Shown: positions 18,329-27,674, counted from the first letter of the stretch. The stretch: 64,000 nt of DNA from Minisyncoccota bacterium (GCA_041666045.1 JBAYHR010000001.1:21107-85106), one strand, 5' to 3'. The notes: a model not told the origin generated them from the sequence alone. Numbers and translations are program-made.

Positions 18329-18411
18329 TGCGCCGGGTAGGATTTGAACCTACGTAGCCCGAAGGCGACAGATTTACAGTCTGTTGTAATTGACCACTCT
18401 ACCACCGGCGC
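18329..18411 (-). tRNA. tRNA-Tyr(GTA)
   Basis: GCGCCGG acceptor, anticodon loop CTGTAAA, variable arm GCCTTCGGGC, GGTTCAAATCC. Confidence 0.95.
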
Positions 18412-18538
18412 ATAGATATAAATTACCATAAAATATATTTTTTTGCACCTTTAATTATAACAATATATTACATTTAAAAAATAAGATCAATATTTTTTGC
18501 TTACAAATTATGGTGGTGATTATGATGATGATTAAAAT

Positions 18539-18565
18539 AAAAAAAATCGCGATTTCTCGCGATTT
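18539..18565 (-). terminator. Intrinsic terminator
   Basis: aaatcgcga-tttc-tcgcgattt with an A-run on the left. Confidence 0.7.
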
Positions 18566-18569
18566 AATG

Positions 18570-19109
18570 TTATAGTTTTTGAATTATAAATTTATCCTCC
18601 GGTGTAAATGGAGGGATAGTGTATCTTAGTTGATAACTATCTATTCTAATGGTGTTACTTTTGTCTTTTTTTAAAATAATTCCTTTGGATTTACACTCGT
18701 CACCCTCTTTTGGGGGAATGGGTTCTGAAGCTATTTTTAGTTCTTCAAATGTAATTCCTTGTTTTTTTAATGCCATTGGCAAAAAAATTCCAGTTGCTTT
18801 TGGGGCCAACAGTAATTCTTTTTTGTTTAGCAATAAAATAAATTCACCAAAAGACATTCCATTTTCAACACCAATCTCTTTTCCGATTGTTTCCCATAAA
18901 TTTAGTTTTTCAGGAAGATCATCACACAGTCTTGTTAGATTTGTATAACGTAAAGAAAAATCAATACAGGAAACATTTGAAAGTTCTTGATATTTTTGCC
19001 ATTCAATTTTTTTATTAAAACCAAATGCATAATTGGTAAAATCCTCAAATAGAGGTTCTAAAAAACTATCCATAAATAAAAGTGGTTTAAAACAAATAAT
19101 TTTTTTCAT
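18570..19109 (-). CDS. Hypothetical protein
   Basis: 179-aa ORF; upstream TTGACA-16-TACTAT promoter. Confidence 0.65.
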   Translation of the reverse strand: MKKIICFKPLLFMDSFLEPLFEDFTNYAFGFNKKIEWQKYQELSNVSCIDFSLRYTNLTRLCDDLPEKLNLWETIGKEIGVENGMSFGEFILLLNKKELLLAPKATGIFLPMALKKQGITFEELKIASEPIPPKEGDECKSKGIILKKDKSNTIRIDSYQLRYTIPPFTPEDKFIIQKL

Positions 19110-19304
19110 AAGTTTTTATTTTTTAAAGGTTAAAATTAATTTAACGGGGAGTATCCCCAACAAGTTCTGTAATATAGTAGCAGAAAAAATTATTTTGTCA
19201 AATTTTTTATAAAAAAGTTGTTATTTTTAAAAAAGTATGATATGATATGTTTACTTAATAAAGCCTTTCGGCTTTTTTTGTTTAATTAACAATAAATTAA
19301 AATT

Positions 19305-21119
19305 ATGGAGATTAGAAATATAGCTATTATTGCGCACGTGGACCACGGTAAGACTACTCTAACCGATGCTTTAATGAAGCAAAATGGTGGTTTGCAAGAC
19401 GAAGGAATATCAATGGATTCAAACGCTCTAGAAAAAGAGCGTGGTATTACTATATATTCTAAAAATACTTCTATTAATTATAAAGATACTAAGATAAATA
19501 TAGTGGACACTCCAGGACACGCTGATTTCGGTTCTGAAGTAGAACGTGTTTTAAGAGCTATTGATTCTGTGCTTTTACTAGTTGATGCTGTAGAAGGTCC
19601 TATGCCTCAGACTAGATTTGTTCTAAAAAAGTCATTAGAGCTAGGTATTAAGCCTATAGTAGTAATAAATAAAATAGATAAACCAGCAGCAAACCCAAAC
19701 AGAGTACATGAAGAAGTTTTGGAATTATTTTTTGAACTTGGAGCAAACGAAGAACAAGCAAACTTTAAAACAGTTTTTGCAATAGGAAGACAAGGCATAG
19801 CAAAGAAAAATCTTTCTGATGAATCTTCAGATTTATCACCACTACTTGATGTTATTTTAGAAAATGTGAAACCTGCTTCAGGAAGAGAAGATGAAAAAAT
19901 GTCTGCGCAAGTTTTTAATCTTGGTTATGATAATTTTTTGGGTAGAATGGCTGTTGCAAGAATTTATTCCGGAAAGATTAATTCTGGGAGTCAGATTTTT
20001 GTAAAAAATGATGAAGGTACACGAACAGGTAAAATAACAAAACTTTTTAGTTTCGAAGGAATAAATAGAAAAGAAGTTTCTAGCGCTACATCTGGTGATA
20101 TAATTTTACTTGCCGGAATTCCAGATATTTATATTGGAGAAACTTTATGTGAAGATCAAAGTGTAGAGGCAATGCCACATATTGCGATAGATGAACCCAC
20201 TATATCTTTAAATTTTTTAGTTAATGATTCTCCATTTGCAGGCAAAGAAGGAAAATTTGTTACATCAAGACAAATAAAAGAAAGATTAGAAAAAGAATTA
20301 GAAATAAATGTTGGGCTTAAAGTTGATTTCTCTCCAGATCAAGGAGAGAAAAATATGGGTCCAAGTTTTTTTAAAGTTTATGGAAGAGGAGAATTGCATA
20401 TAGCTATTCTTTTAGAAAATATGAGAAGAGAAGGATTTGAGATGCAAGTGTCTCAACCTGAAGTTATTATAAAAGAAGAAAATGGAATTCAAACAGAACC
20501 TTTTGAAGAATTAGTGATAGATGTTCCTGTAGAATCTTCTGGAGCAGTTATAGAAAAAATTGGTAAGCGTAGAGGTATTATGAAAGACATGGTTGAAAAA
20601 GAAGGTATAGTTAGAATTATTTTTGATATACCAACTCGTGGACTTTTGGGATATAGAAGTGAATTTATAATAGATACGAAAGGGGAAGGTATAATGTCTT
20701 CACGTGTAACTGGTTTTAAAGAACATGCGGGAGAAATAAAGAAAAAAGAGTATGGATCTATGACCTCTATGGTTTCTGGTAAAGCAGTTGCTTTTTCGCT
20801 TGCAAATTTACAAGAACGTGGTATACTCTATATAGAGCATGGAACAGAAGTATATGAAGGAATGGTTATAGGTAATGTTTTGAAAGGAGAAGAGATGTCG
20901 GTAAATCCCACAAAAGGCAAGCAACTTACCAATATGCGAGCATCGGGTACTGATGAAGCTTTATTTTTAAAGCCTGCTTTCATTTTAAGCATAGAACGTG
21001 GGCTTGAAGTTATGAATGAAGACGAGTATTTAGAGATTACTCCAAAGAGCGTTCGGCTTAGAAAAAAGTATTTAACAGAGCTTGATAGGACAAAAGCAAA
21101 CAGAGGAGGTAAAAATTAA
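19305..21119 (+). CDS. typA: Translational GTPase TypA/BipA
   Basis: [40 protein letters not shown]. Confidence 0.96.
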   Translation: MEIRNIAIIAHVDHGKTTLTDALMKQNGGLQDEGISMDSNALEKERGITIYSKNTSINYKDTKINIVDTPGHADFGSEVERVLRAIDSVLLLVDAVEGPMPQTRFVLKKSLELGIKPIVVINKIDKPAANPNRVHEEVLELFFELGANEEQANFKTVFAIGRQGIAKKNLSDESSDLSPLLDVILENVKPASGREDEKMSAQVFNLGYDNFLGRMAVARIYSGKINSGSQIFVKNDEGTRTGKITKLFSFEGINRKEVSSATSGDIILLAGIPDIYIGETLCEDQSVEAMPHIAIDEPTISLNFLVNDSPFAGKEGKFVTSRQIKERLEKELEINVGLKVDFSPDQGEKNMGPSFFKVYGRGELHIAILLENMRREGFEMQVSQPEVIIKEENGIQTEPFEELVIDVPVESSGAVIEKIGKRRGIMKDMVEKEGIVRIIFDIPTRGLLGYRSEFIIDTKGEGIMSSRVTGFKEHAGEIKKKEYGSMTSMVSGKAVAFSLANLQERGILYIEHGTEVYEGMVIGNVLKGEEMSVNPTKGKQLTNMRASGTDEALFLKPAFILSIERGLEVMNEDEYLEITPKSVRLRKKYLTELDRTKANRGGKN

Positions 21120-21208
21120 CGTATATTCATTTGACATCAAGTTAAGTACATGTATAATTAAGAAAGCAATATAAATTTATCATTAATAGAATTTTTATAA
21201 ATTAGTTT

Positions 21209-22237
21209 ATGTCAACAATTTCATTTAAACCAAAACAAGTTACAAAGAAAATAACATCACATCTTCATGATCGTGCGTCTGATGTTATTATGAATCGTTT
21301 TGGCTTGACTGCTGATTCTAAGAAAAAAACTCTTGAAGAGATTGGAAAAAAATATTCTATTACAAGAGAGCGTGTAAGACAAATAGAAGATGCAGCCTTA
21401 AATTTAATAAAAAAGTCTGAAGCTTTTAAATCTGAAAAGGCTACTTTTGATGAGATTGAAAAATTAATACATTCCTTAGGTTCAATTGTTGCAGAGCATG
21501 AACTTCTTGCTCATGTATCAAAAGATAAAGCAACTCAAAATCACATTCATTTTTATTTAGTATTAGGAGATTCTTTTAAAAAGCATAAAGAAGATGAAAA
21601 TTTTCATACTCGTTGGAGTGTTGATGATGAAATGGCATCCAAGGTTCATGATTCTCTTAAGAAACTTTATTCTGGATTAAAAGATGAAGATCTTGTTCCT
21701 GAAAGTGAAATGATTAAAAAGTTTTTTGATCAAATGAAAGATGTTTCTGATGAATATAGAAATGAGGAAATTGCTCGCAGATGGCTTGCTATGTCAAAAT
21801 CTGTTTCTAAAAATCCATTAGGAGAATGGGGAAAATCTACATCACCAAATGTGCATACGCGTGGAGTTAAAGATTATGCATTTTTAGTTATGAGACGTCA
21901 TGGTTCCCCTATGCATTTTAGAGAAGTAGCAGATGCTATTACTAAAACTTTTGGAAGAAAAACTCATTATGCAACTTGTCACAATGAACTTATAAAAGAT
22001 TCAAGATTTGTTCTTGTTGGACGCGGATTATATGCGCTTGCTGAATGGGGATATAAGACTGGTATTGCTCGTGAAGTTATTAGTGATATTTTAAAAAAAG
22101 AAGGTCCTCTTTCAAAAGAAAATGTTGTTGAGAAAGTAATGAAAGAAAGGTATTTTAAGAAAAATACTATTTTAGTTAATATTCAAAATCCAAAGTATTT
22201 TAAAAAGAATAAAAACGGTCTTTATACTTTAGCTTAA
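21209..22237 (+). CDS. Sigma70 region-4 HTH protein with C-terminal winged HTH domains
   Basis: TLEEIGKKYSITRERVRQIE; PMHFREV...HNELIKDSRFVLVGRGLYALAEWG. Confidence 0.7.
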   Translation: MSTISFKPKQVTKKITSHLHDRASDVIMNRFGLTADSKKKTLEEIGKKYSITRERVRQIEDAALNLIKKSEAFKSEKATFDEIEKLIHSLGSIVAEHELLAHVSKDKATQNHIHFYLVLGDSFKKHKEDENFHTRWSVDDEMASKVHDSLKKLYSGLKDEDLVPESEMIKKFFDQMKDVSDEYRNEEIARRWLAMSKSVSKNPLGEWGKSTSPNVHTRGVKDYAFLVMRRHGSPMHFREVADAITKTFGRKTHYATCHNELIKDSRFVLVGRGLYALAEWGYKTGIAREVISDILKKEGPLSKENVVEKVMKERYFKKNTILVNIQNPKYFKKNKNGLYTLA

Positions 22238-22252
22238 ATTTTTTATTTAAAT

Positions 22253-22387
22253 ATGAAAAGAAATAGAGGTGTTGTTCATATTTTTCTAGTTATTATAGGG
22301 ATTGTAATAGTATTAGTTATTTTAGGTTTTTTCAATTCTGTTGAAAGAAATTGGAATACAATAATTCCATCTAATTTAAAAAAGTGA
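22253..22387 (+). CDS. 44-aa single-TM peptide (not in ORF track)
   Basis: MKRNRGVVHIFLVIIGIVIVLVILGFFNSVERNWNTIIPSNLKK*. Confidence 0.5.
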   Translation: MKRNRGVVHIFLVIIGIVIVLVILGFFNSVERNWNTIIPSNLKK

Positions 22388-22439
22388 TATATCCACAAAT
22401 TACTTTGTTTTGTTGCCATTTTGTATTAAAATATAAGCT

Positions 22440-23768
22440 ATGGTTGATTCAATAGCTTATTTTATTTACAATGCTGTCTCGTTTTTTATATCTGGATTGT
22501 TTTTTCTTTTTTCTACGCCTTGGCTTTTATGGCTTTGGTCTTTAATAGGCACGGTGTTGCTTGGTTATATTGCATGGAAACTTTGGATGCATTATATACG
22601 GCAGAATTTTATTTCTGGCATTGATTGGGTTTTGCTTGAAATTATTCCACCTAGAGATGTTTTGCGTTCACCAAAAGCAATGGAACTTTTTATTACCAAT
22701 GGTCTTTATCATTTTAGTAATAAAGGTGGAAGAGAAACATATTGGCAGGGAGCAGTTTGGTTTTGGTTTTCTTTAGAAATAGTTTCTATTGAAGGACAAG
22801 TGCATTTTTATCTTCGTACGCCATCTCGTTTAAAAGAATATATTGAAACTCAAATGTATGCGCAATATCCTCAAGCTCAAGTGAAAGTAGTTGATGATTA
22901 CACTTTGGCTGTTGATGAGATTACTCCAAAGAGTGCTTGGAATCTTTATGGATGTGAATTTGGATTAGAAAAACCTGAAGCATATCCTGTTAAAACTTAT
23001 ATTGATTATGGACTAGATAAGGATCCAAAAGAAGAATTTAAAGTTGATCCAATCTCTCCAGTAGTAGAGCTTTTTGGTTCACTTCAAAAAGGGGAACAAA
23101 TGTGGTTGCAAATAGTTATTACTCCATCTAAAAAAGAATATAAAACCAAAGGCACTTATTTTGGGCATCATAATTGGATAGAAGAAGCGCAATTAGAAAT
23201 AAAAAAATTATTAAAACCTTTTACTGCTGAAAAAGATGAAGGAGCTAGAATAGAAATTCGTGTTCCAGATTTTTATAAAAAACCAGTGGAAGGAATAACT
23301 GCAAAGATGTCAAAACTTGGTTTTGATACCGGAATTAGAGTTTGTTATGTTGCAAAAAAAGAAGCATTTAAAGTAAACAGCAGAAGAAATTTACGTCTTA
23401 TTTTTCGCCAATATCAAAATTCTTATTCAAATGGTTTTAAACGCATTAATGGCACACAAGCAGACGCATATAGTGGGTATTTTATCGCTTCTCCTAAAAC
23501 AATTATGATGCTTGCGAATAGAATGCTTCATGAGTATAGAAATCGTACTTTTTTTCATCCACCGTTACGACACAAACTTTTTAATAAACATAATATTTTT
23601 TGGCCTCTTTCTATGTGGTTTAAACCCTATTTTCATTCTGAAACTTTTGTTTTAAATACAGAAGAATTAGCAACAATTTGGCATTTCCCTGGTCAGATAT
23701 TGAAAGTTCCTACTTTGGAACGCATAGAGTCAAAAGAAGCCGCTCCACCTACAAATTTGCCTATTTAA
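22440..23768 (+). CDS. Conserved membrane-anchored protein resembling the N-terminal region of CPR VirD4-like proteins
   Basis: LLEIIPP...PKAME, FSLEI, YAQYP, LNTEELATIWHFP. Confidence 0.6.
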   Translation: MVDSIAYFIYNAVSFFISGLFFLFSTPWLLWLWSLIGTVLLGYIAWKLWMHYIRQNFISGIDWVLLEIIPPRDVLRSPKAMELFITNGLYHFSNKGGRETYWQGAVWFWFSLEIVSIEGQVHFYLRTPSRLKEYIETQMYAQYPQAQVKVVDDYTLAVDEITPKSAWNLYGCEFGLEKPEAYPVKTYIDYGLDKDPKEEFKVDPISPVVELFGSLQKGEQMWLQIVITPSKKEYKTKGTYFGHHNWIEEAQLEIKKLLKPFTAEKDEGARIEIRVPDFYKKPVEGITAKMSKLGFDTGIRVCYVAKKEAFKVNSRRNLRLIFRQYQNSYSNGFKRINGTQADAYSGYFIASPKTIMMLANRMLHEYRNRTFFHPPLRHKLFNKHNIFWPLSMWFKPYFHSETFVLNTEELATIWHFPGQILKVPTLERIESKEAAPPTNLPI

Positions 23769-23769
23769 C

Positions 23770-24714
23770 TTGCTTATGGAAAACTTTTCTTCTTCAAATG
23801 AGGTAATTAGTCTTATTGATAATTTGCCTAAAAATAGTTCTTTTAAAAAAATAATTATTTTTTCTGCTGTTAGTTTGATTGTTTTTATTTCTCTTTTTTA
23901 TTTTCTATTTTTAAGCGCGCCATTAAGTTTTCCTAAAGGGAAAATAATAAATATAGAGGAGGGTACAAGTCTCAGGCACATATCTGGTGATTTTAAAACA
24001 AATAAGATAATTCGTTCAAGAATTGCTTTTGAATTTTTTGTGATAATTTACGGTGGAGAAAAACATTTAGTGTTGGGAGATTATTTATTTGAAGGTAAAT
24101 TACCAGTTTTTGAAGTTGCAAGAATTGTTTCAAGAGGTGAACATAATTTAGCTCCAGTTAAAGTGACTATTCCAGAAGGTTTTAATGTTGTTGATATTGC
24201 GGAATCTTTTTCTGTAAGATTGTCATCTTTTAACAAAGATAAATTTCTTTTAGAAGCGAAACCAAAAGAAGGATATCTTTTCCCCGATACTTATTTTTTC
24301 TTTACCGATTCAAACGAGGAGGATGTTTTAAAATATATGAGTGATAATTTTAATAAAAAAACAGCTGATATTTTTTCTGTCTCTTTAAGTAGATCTAAAA
24401 AAGATATTATAATTATGGCATCTATAATAGAGAAAGAAGCAAAAGGAGATTCTGACAGAGAAATTATTTCAGGAATTTTATGGAATAGAATTTCAAAAGG
24501 AATGCCACTTCAAGTGGATGTGGCTCCTGATACTTATAAAACAAAAGGTTTGCCAGACAGTCCAATTTGTAACCCAGGTCTCGAAGCAATAAAAGCGGCT
24601 ATTTATCCAAAGAGTTCAAATTATTTTTATTATTTACATGATAAAAATGGCATAATACATTATGCTAAGACTTTTGAAGAACATAAACAAAATAAATTTA
24701 AATACTTAAAATAG
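23770..24714 (+). CDS. mltG: Endolytic transglycosylase MltG/YceG
   Basis: VTIPEG, EGYLFPDTY, ASIIEKE, LQVD, GLPDSPICNPG. Confidence 0.88.
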   Translation: MLMENFSSSNEVISLIDNLPKNSSFKKIIIFSAVSLIVFISLFYFLFLSAPLSFPKGKIINIEEGTSLRHISGDFKTNKIIRSRIAFEFFVIIYGGEKHLVLGDYLFEGKLPVFEVARIVSRGEHNLAPVKVTIPEGFNVVDIAESFSVRLSSFNKDKFLLEAKPKEGYLFPDTYFFFTDSNEEDVLKYMSDNFNKKTADIFSVSLSRSKKDIIIMASIIEKEAKGDSDREIISGILWNRISKGMPLQVDVAPDTYKTKGLPDSPICNPGLEAIKAAIYPKSSNYFYYLHDKNGIIHYAKTFEEHKQNKFKYLK

Positions 24715-24715
24715 G

Positions 24716-24826
24716 ACTTGTCCCGTACTAAATTTTTGATTAAGTACTATAATTATAAAATATGATTAGAAAGATAAAAATAAATGAAAATTATTAATAA
24801 AAATTTAAAATTTTAGTACTGGGATG
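24716..24826 (+). repeat. Leader-hairpin element, copy 3 (TACTAAA subfamily)
   Basis: ACTTGTCCCGTACTAAA...TTTAGTACTGGG-ATG. Confidence 0.8.
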
Positions 24827-25369
24827 AGAAAACATAATTTAGCTTTTATAGATATAGAAACAACAGGGCTTAACATGATAGAACATGAAATTATTGAAAT
24901 TGGTGGAGTTATTGCAGATCAGAAATTAAACATATTAGAAGAATTTGAATTAAAAATAAAACCTGAGCATATTGAAAATGCTGACAAGACCGCTCTTAAG
25001 ATAAATCATTACAATAAAAAAGATTGGGAAATCGGATATACATTAAAAGATGCTTTTGAAATTTTTTCTCTAAAAGTTAAAGATTGCATTATGGTTGGGC
25101 AAAATATTTGTTTTGATGCGGGATTTTTGGAATATAATTTAGAAAAATTAAAATTGCCTAGCACTATGCATTATCATAAATTAGATACGATATCTATTGC
25201 TTGGGCGAAACTTCACAGAGAGCCAGATTTGGACCATTTTTCTTTACGAGAAATGTGTAAGCGTTTTGGTATAGAAAATAAAAATCCACATAGTGCGCTA
25301 TCAGACGCCCGCGCAACTTTTGAGCTTTACAAAAAGCTTATGTCTCTATATAATCAAAATATCTTTTAA
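24824..25369 (+). CDS. DEDDh 3'-5' exonuclease (DnaQ-like)
   Basis: FIDIETTG, QNICFD, HSALSDA. Confidence 0.88.
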   Translation: MRKHNLAFIDIETTGLNMIEHEIIEIGGVIADQKLNILEEFELKIKPEHIENADKTALKINHYNKKDWEIGYTLKDAFEIFSLKVKDCIMVGQNICFDAGFLEYNLEKLKLPSTMHYHKLDTISIAWAKLHREPDLDHFSLREMCKRFGIENKNPHSALSDARATFELYKKLMSLYNQNIF

Positions 25370-25451
25370 AAACCGCACATAATTTTCTGCTGAAAATTTG
25401 CTATGCTAGGCCCGTCGGCCTGCGCAATGCTTTTTAAAAGATATTTTGATT
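25352..25451. repeat. 100-bp palindromic element with perfect 21-bp terminal IR
   Basis: AATCAAAATATCTTTTAAAAA/TTTTTAAAAGATATTTTGATT enclosing two inner hairpins. Confidence 0.8.
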
Positions 25452-25453
25452 CT

Positions 25454-26698
25454 ATGATTAAAAGTATAAAGAAAAAATTAGCTTGCGGTGAGCAAAGTCG
25501 AACCGTTTTTGTTGGAATGTCAGGAGGTGTGGATTCGAGTGTGTCTGCAGCACTTCTTAAAAAACAAGGATATGATGTCGTTGGTGTTTTTATTCGTACT
25601 TGGCATCCAGATTTTTTAAAATGTAACGAAGAAGAAGAGCGTCGCGACGCTATGCGCGTCGCGACGCATTTAAACATTCCTTTTCTTACTTTTGACCTTG
25701 AAGATGTCTATAAAAAAGAAGTGGCAGATTATATGATTTCTGAATACAAAGCTGGCAGAACGCCAAATCCTGATGTTATGTGTAATAAAGAAGTGAAGTT
25801 TGGTGCATTTCTTAAAAAAGCTATTTCAATGGGTGCTGATTTTGTGGCTACTGGGCATTATGCTCAAATTACAAATCACATAGCACATAACATAAAACAT
25901 AAAAAACAAAAAATAAAATATAAAAATGTTACGTGTTATGAGTTATGCGTCTCCTGTGATAAATCAAAAGATCAAGCTTATTTTCTTTGGACTCTAAAAC
26001 AAGAACAACTTTCTAAAATTCTTTTTCCAGTGGGACATTTAAATAAAACAGAAGTTCGTAAATTAGCAAAGAAATTTAAATTACCAGTTGCAGAAAAGAA
26101 AGATAGTCAGGGGATTTGTTTTTTAGGAGCAGTAGATTTAAAAGATTTTTTGAAACATTATATAAAAGAAAAAAGAGGCGAGGTAATCCTCGTTCCGAGC
26201 GAAGTCGAGGAAAAGAAAAAAAATAATGTGATAGGTTGGCATACAGGAGTAGTTTTTCATACACTCGGTGAACGTCATGGTTTTACTATTACTAAAAAAA
26301 GTCCTAATGACGGGGCATATTATGTTGTTGGAAAAGATATTAAGAAAAATATTTTATATGTTTCGCAGAACAGAAATTTTACCCCCTCCTTAGTTAAGGA
26401 GGGGGTTGGGGGTGGTAATTCAAAAAATCACCACCTCGCCCTAAAGGGCACTCCTCCTCAAAAAGGAGGAGAAGAAATTAAATTAAAAAACATAAATTGG
26501 ATTTCTGGAGTTCCAAAAGAAAGTAAAAGTTATAAAGTACAGATTCGTTATCATGGAGAATTTTTGCCTTGTAAAATTAAAATCACTGGGAAAAGTACAG
26601 CTGAAGTTATTTTTCAAAAACCAGTGTTAGTAGCTTCTGGTCAATCTTGTGTTTTCTATGATAAAGATATTTGTTTAGGTGGGGGAGTTGTTATATAA
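25454..26698 (+). CDS. mnmA: tRNA 2-thiouridylase MnmA, with several in-frame insertions
   Basis: MSGGVDSS, TPNPDVMCN, ATGHYA, KDQAYFL, DSQGICF, GQSCVFY; start taken at ATG 25454. Confidence 0.93.
   Translation: MIKSIKKKLACGEQSRTVFVGMSGGVDSSVSAALLKKQGYDVVGVFIRTWHPDFLKCNEEEERRDAMRVATHLNIPFLTFDLEDVYKKEVADYMISEYKAGRTPNPDVMCNKEVKFGAFLKKAISMGADFVATGHYAQITNHIAHNIKHKKQKIKYKNVTCYELCVSCDKSKDQAYFLWTLKQEQLSKILFPVGHLNKTEVRKLAKKFKLPVAEKKDSQGICFLGAVDLKDFLKHYIKEKRGEVILVPSEVEEKKKNNVIGWHTGVVFHTLGERHGFTITKKSPNDGAYYVVGKDIKKNILYVSQNRNFTPSLVKEGVGGGNSKNHHLALKGTPPQKGGEEIKLKNINWISGVPKESKSYKVQIRYHGEFLPCKIKITGKSTAEVIFQKPVLVASGQSCVFYDKDICLGGGVVI
26382..26472 (+). mobile_element. ~90-bp GC-rich multi-hairpin MITE/REP-like element in frame within mnmA
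   Basis: Nearly identical copy at 43405-43494 (minus strand). Confidence 0.85.
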
Positions 26699-26803
26699 AT
26701 TTTTATAATATTACTTTAGATACTTTACTTTTAAGTTATTTGTGGTATTCTTTTGATAGATAACGATATTGTTATTTATAACTAAATTAAAGGAGGACAA
26801 ACC

Positions 26804-27574
26804 ATGAACAATGGAACAGAATCTGAAAAAACGAGCTTGCAAGATAGAATGCAACAACTCGGAATGCTTGCTGGATTTATCGTAGATTTTCTAGCAACTA
26901 TTTTATCTTATGAACAGGTGAAATACTGGCTTGAACACAAAACCGAGCTAAAGAAAAAATTGCGTGAAGTTTTTTCAATTGTAGATGAGTATGCTAGTAT
27001 CCGCGAAGAATGGCAGAAATTTTACAAAAATCATTTCGGCTGGGATGTAGATTTTAGCCAAGTGATTATTCCTGCTATTCCGACAAATGGGAAATGGAGA
27101 TTGCTTTTTATTTCAAAAGGAATGACGCTGAATTTTGCTTTTAAGATTTGTGAAAAACTTTTTGTAAGTTCGAAGTATTATGATGATTTAGATAAAGCAA
27201 TTTCTAAAAACATTCGTAACACAAGCAGTCACTATGCAGTATGGGTTCGCGATGAAGTTGAACCAGATGCTGAAACTTTAGGAAAATCTACTCGTCAAGC
27301 TGACCCTGATATGAAAATTGGTATTACATTACTTGAAAGAATTATTTTTGAAATTAAGTATTTTACTGAAACAGGGAATCATCTTGATGTTAAAGGAGTT
27401 ACTTTTTGTTCCGGTTCTCGCGATTCCGATGGTGATGTGCCGAGCACGTACTTGGACGACGATGGCGAGTTCGAGGTGCACTGTCACTTTTTGGACGATT
27501 CCTACTCGGACTATGGTATCCGTTCAGTAGTTGAATTAGATGTCATTGTTGGCAGACGTTTACCACCAGAATAA
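26804..27574 (+). CDS. Putative DGR target protein (C-terminal variable region)
   Basis: SD AGGAGG; GC-rich, NNC-biased 3' segment encoding GSR.SDG.VP...GIRSVV. Confidence 0.65.
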   Translation: MNNGTESEKTSLQDRMQQLGMLAGFIVDFLATILSYEQVKYWLEHKTELKKKLREVFSIVDEYASIREEWQKFYKNHFGWDVDFSQVIIPAIPTNGKWRLLFISKGMTLNFAFKICEKLFVSSKYYDDLDKAISKNIRNTSSHYAVWVRDEVEPDAETLGKSTRQADPDMKIGITLLERIIFEIKYFTETGNHLDVKGVTFCSGSRDSDGDVPSTYLDDDGEFEVHCHFLDDSYSDYGIRSVVELDVIVGRRLPPE

Positions 27575-27597
27575 TTTTAAAAAAAAGTATAGAAATA

Positions 27598-27638
27598 GAG
27601 GACCTATGTTTACGAAAGTAAATATGGGTCTTTTTTTA
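27598..27638 (+). terminator. Intrinsic terminator
   Basis: gacctatgtttac-gaaa-gtaaatatgggtc followed by a T-run. Confidence 0.75.
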
Positions 27639-27674
27639 TTTGTATAAATCATTAGTACAAGTTATAATATAAAC

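Noticed and set aside
18505-18535. CAT/CAC run on the minus strand resembling a His attenuator peptide
   Set aside because: No start codon and no his genes nearby; reads equally well as an acidic tail on the plus strand
19138-19160. TCCCCGTTAAATT on the minus strand resembling a leader-hairpin arm
   Set aside because: No ACTTG and no matching arm; explained by the local GGGGA/TCCCC hairpin
25403-25453. N-terminal extension of MnmA in the ORF track
   Set aside because: Lies inside the 100-bp palindrome; ATG 25454 gives a more normal N-terminus
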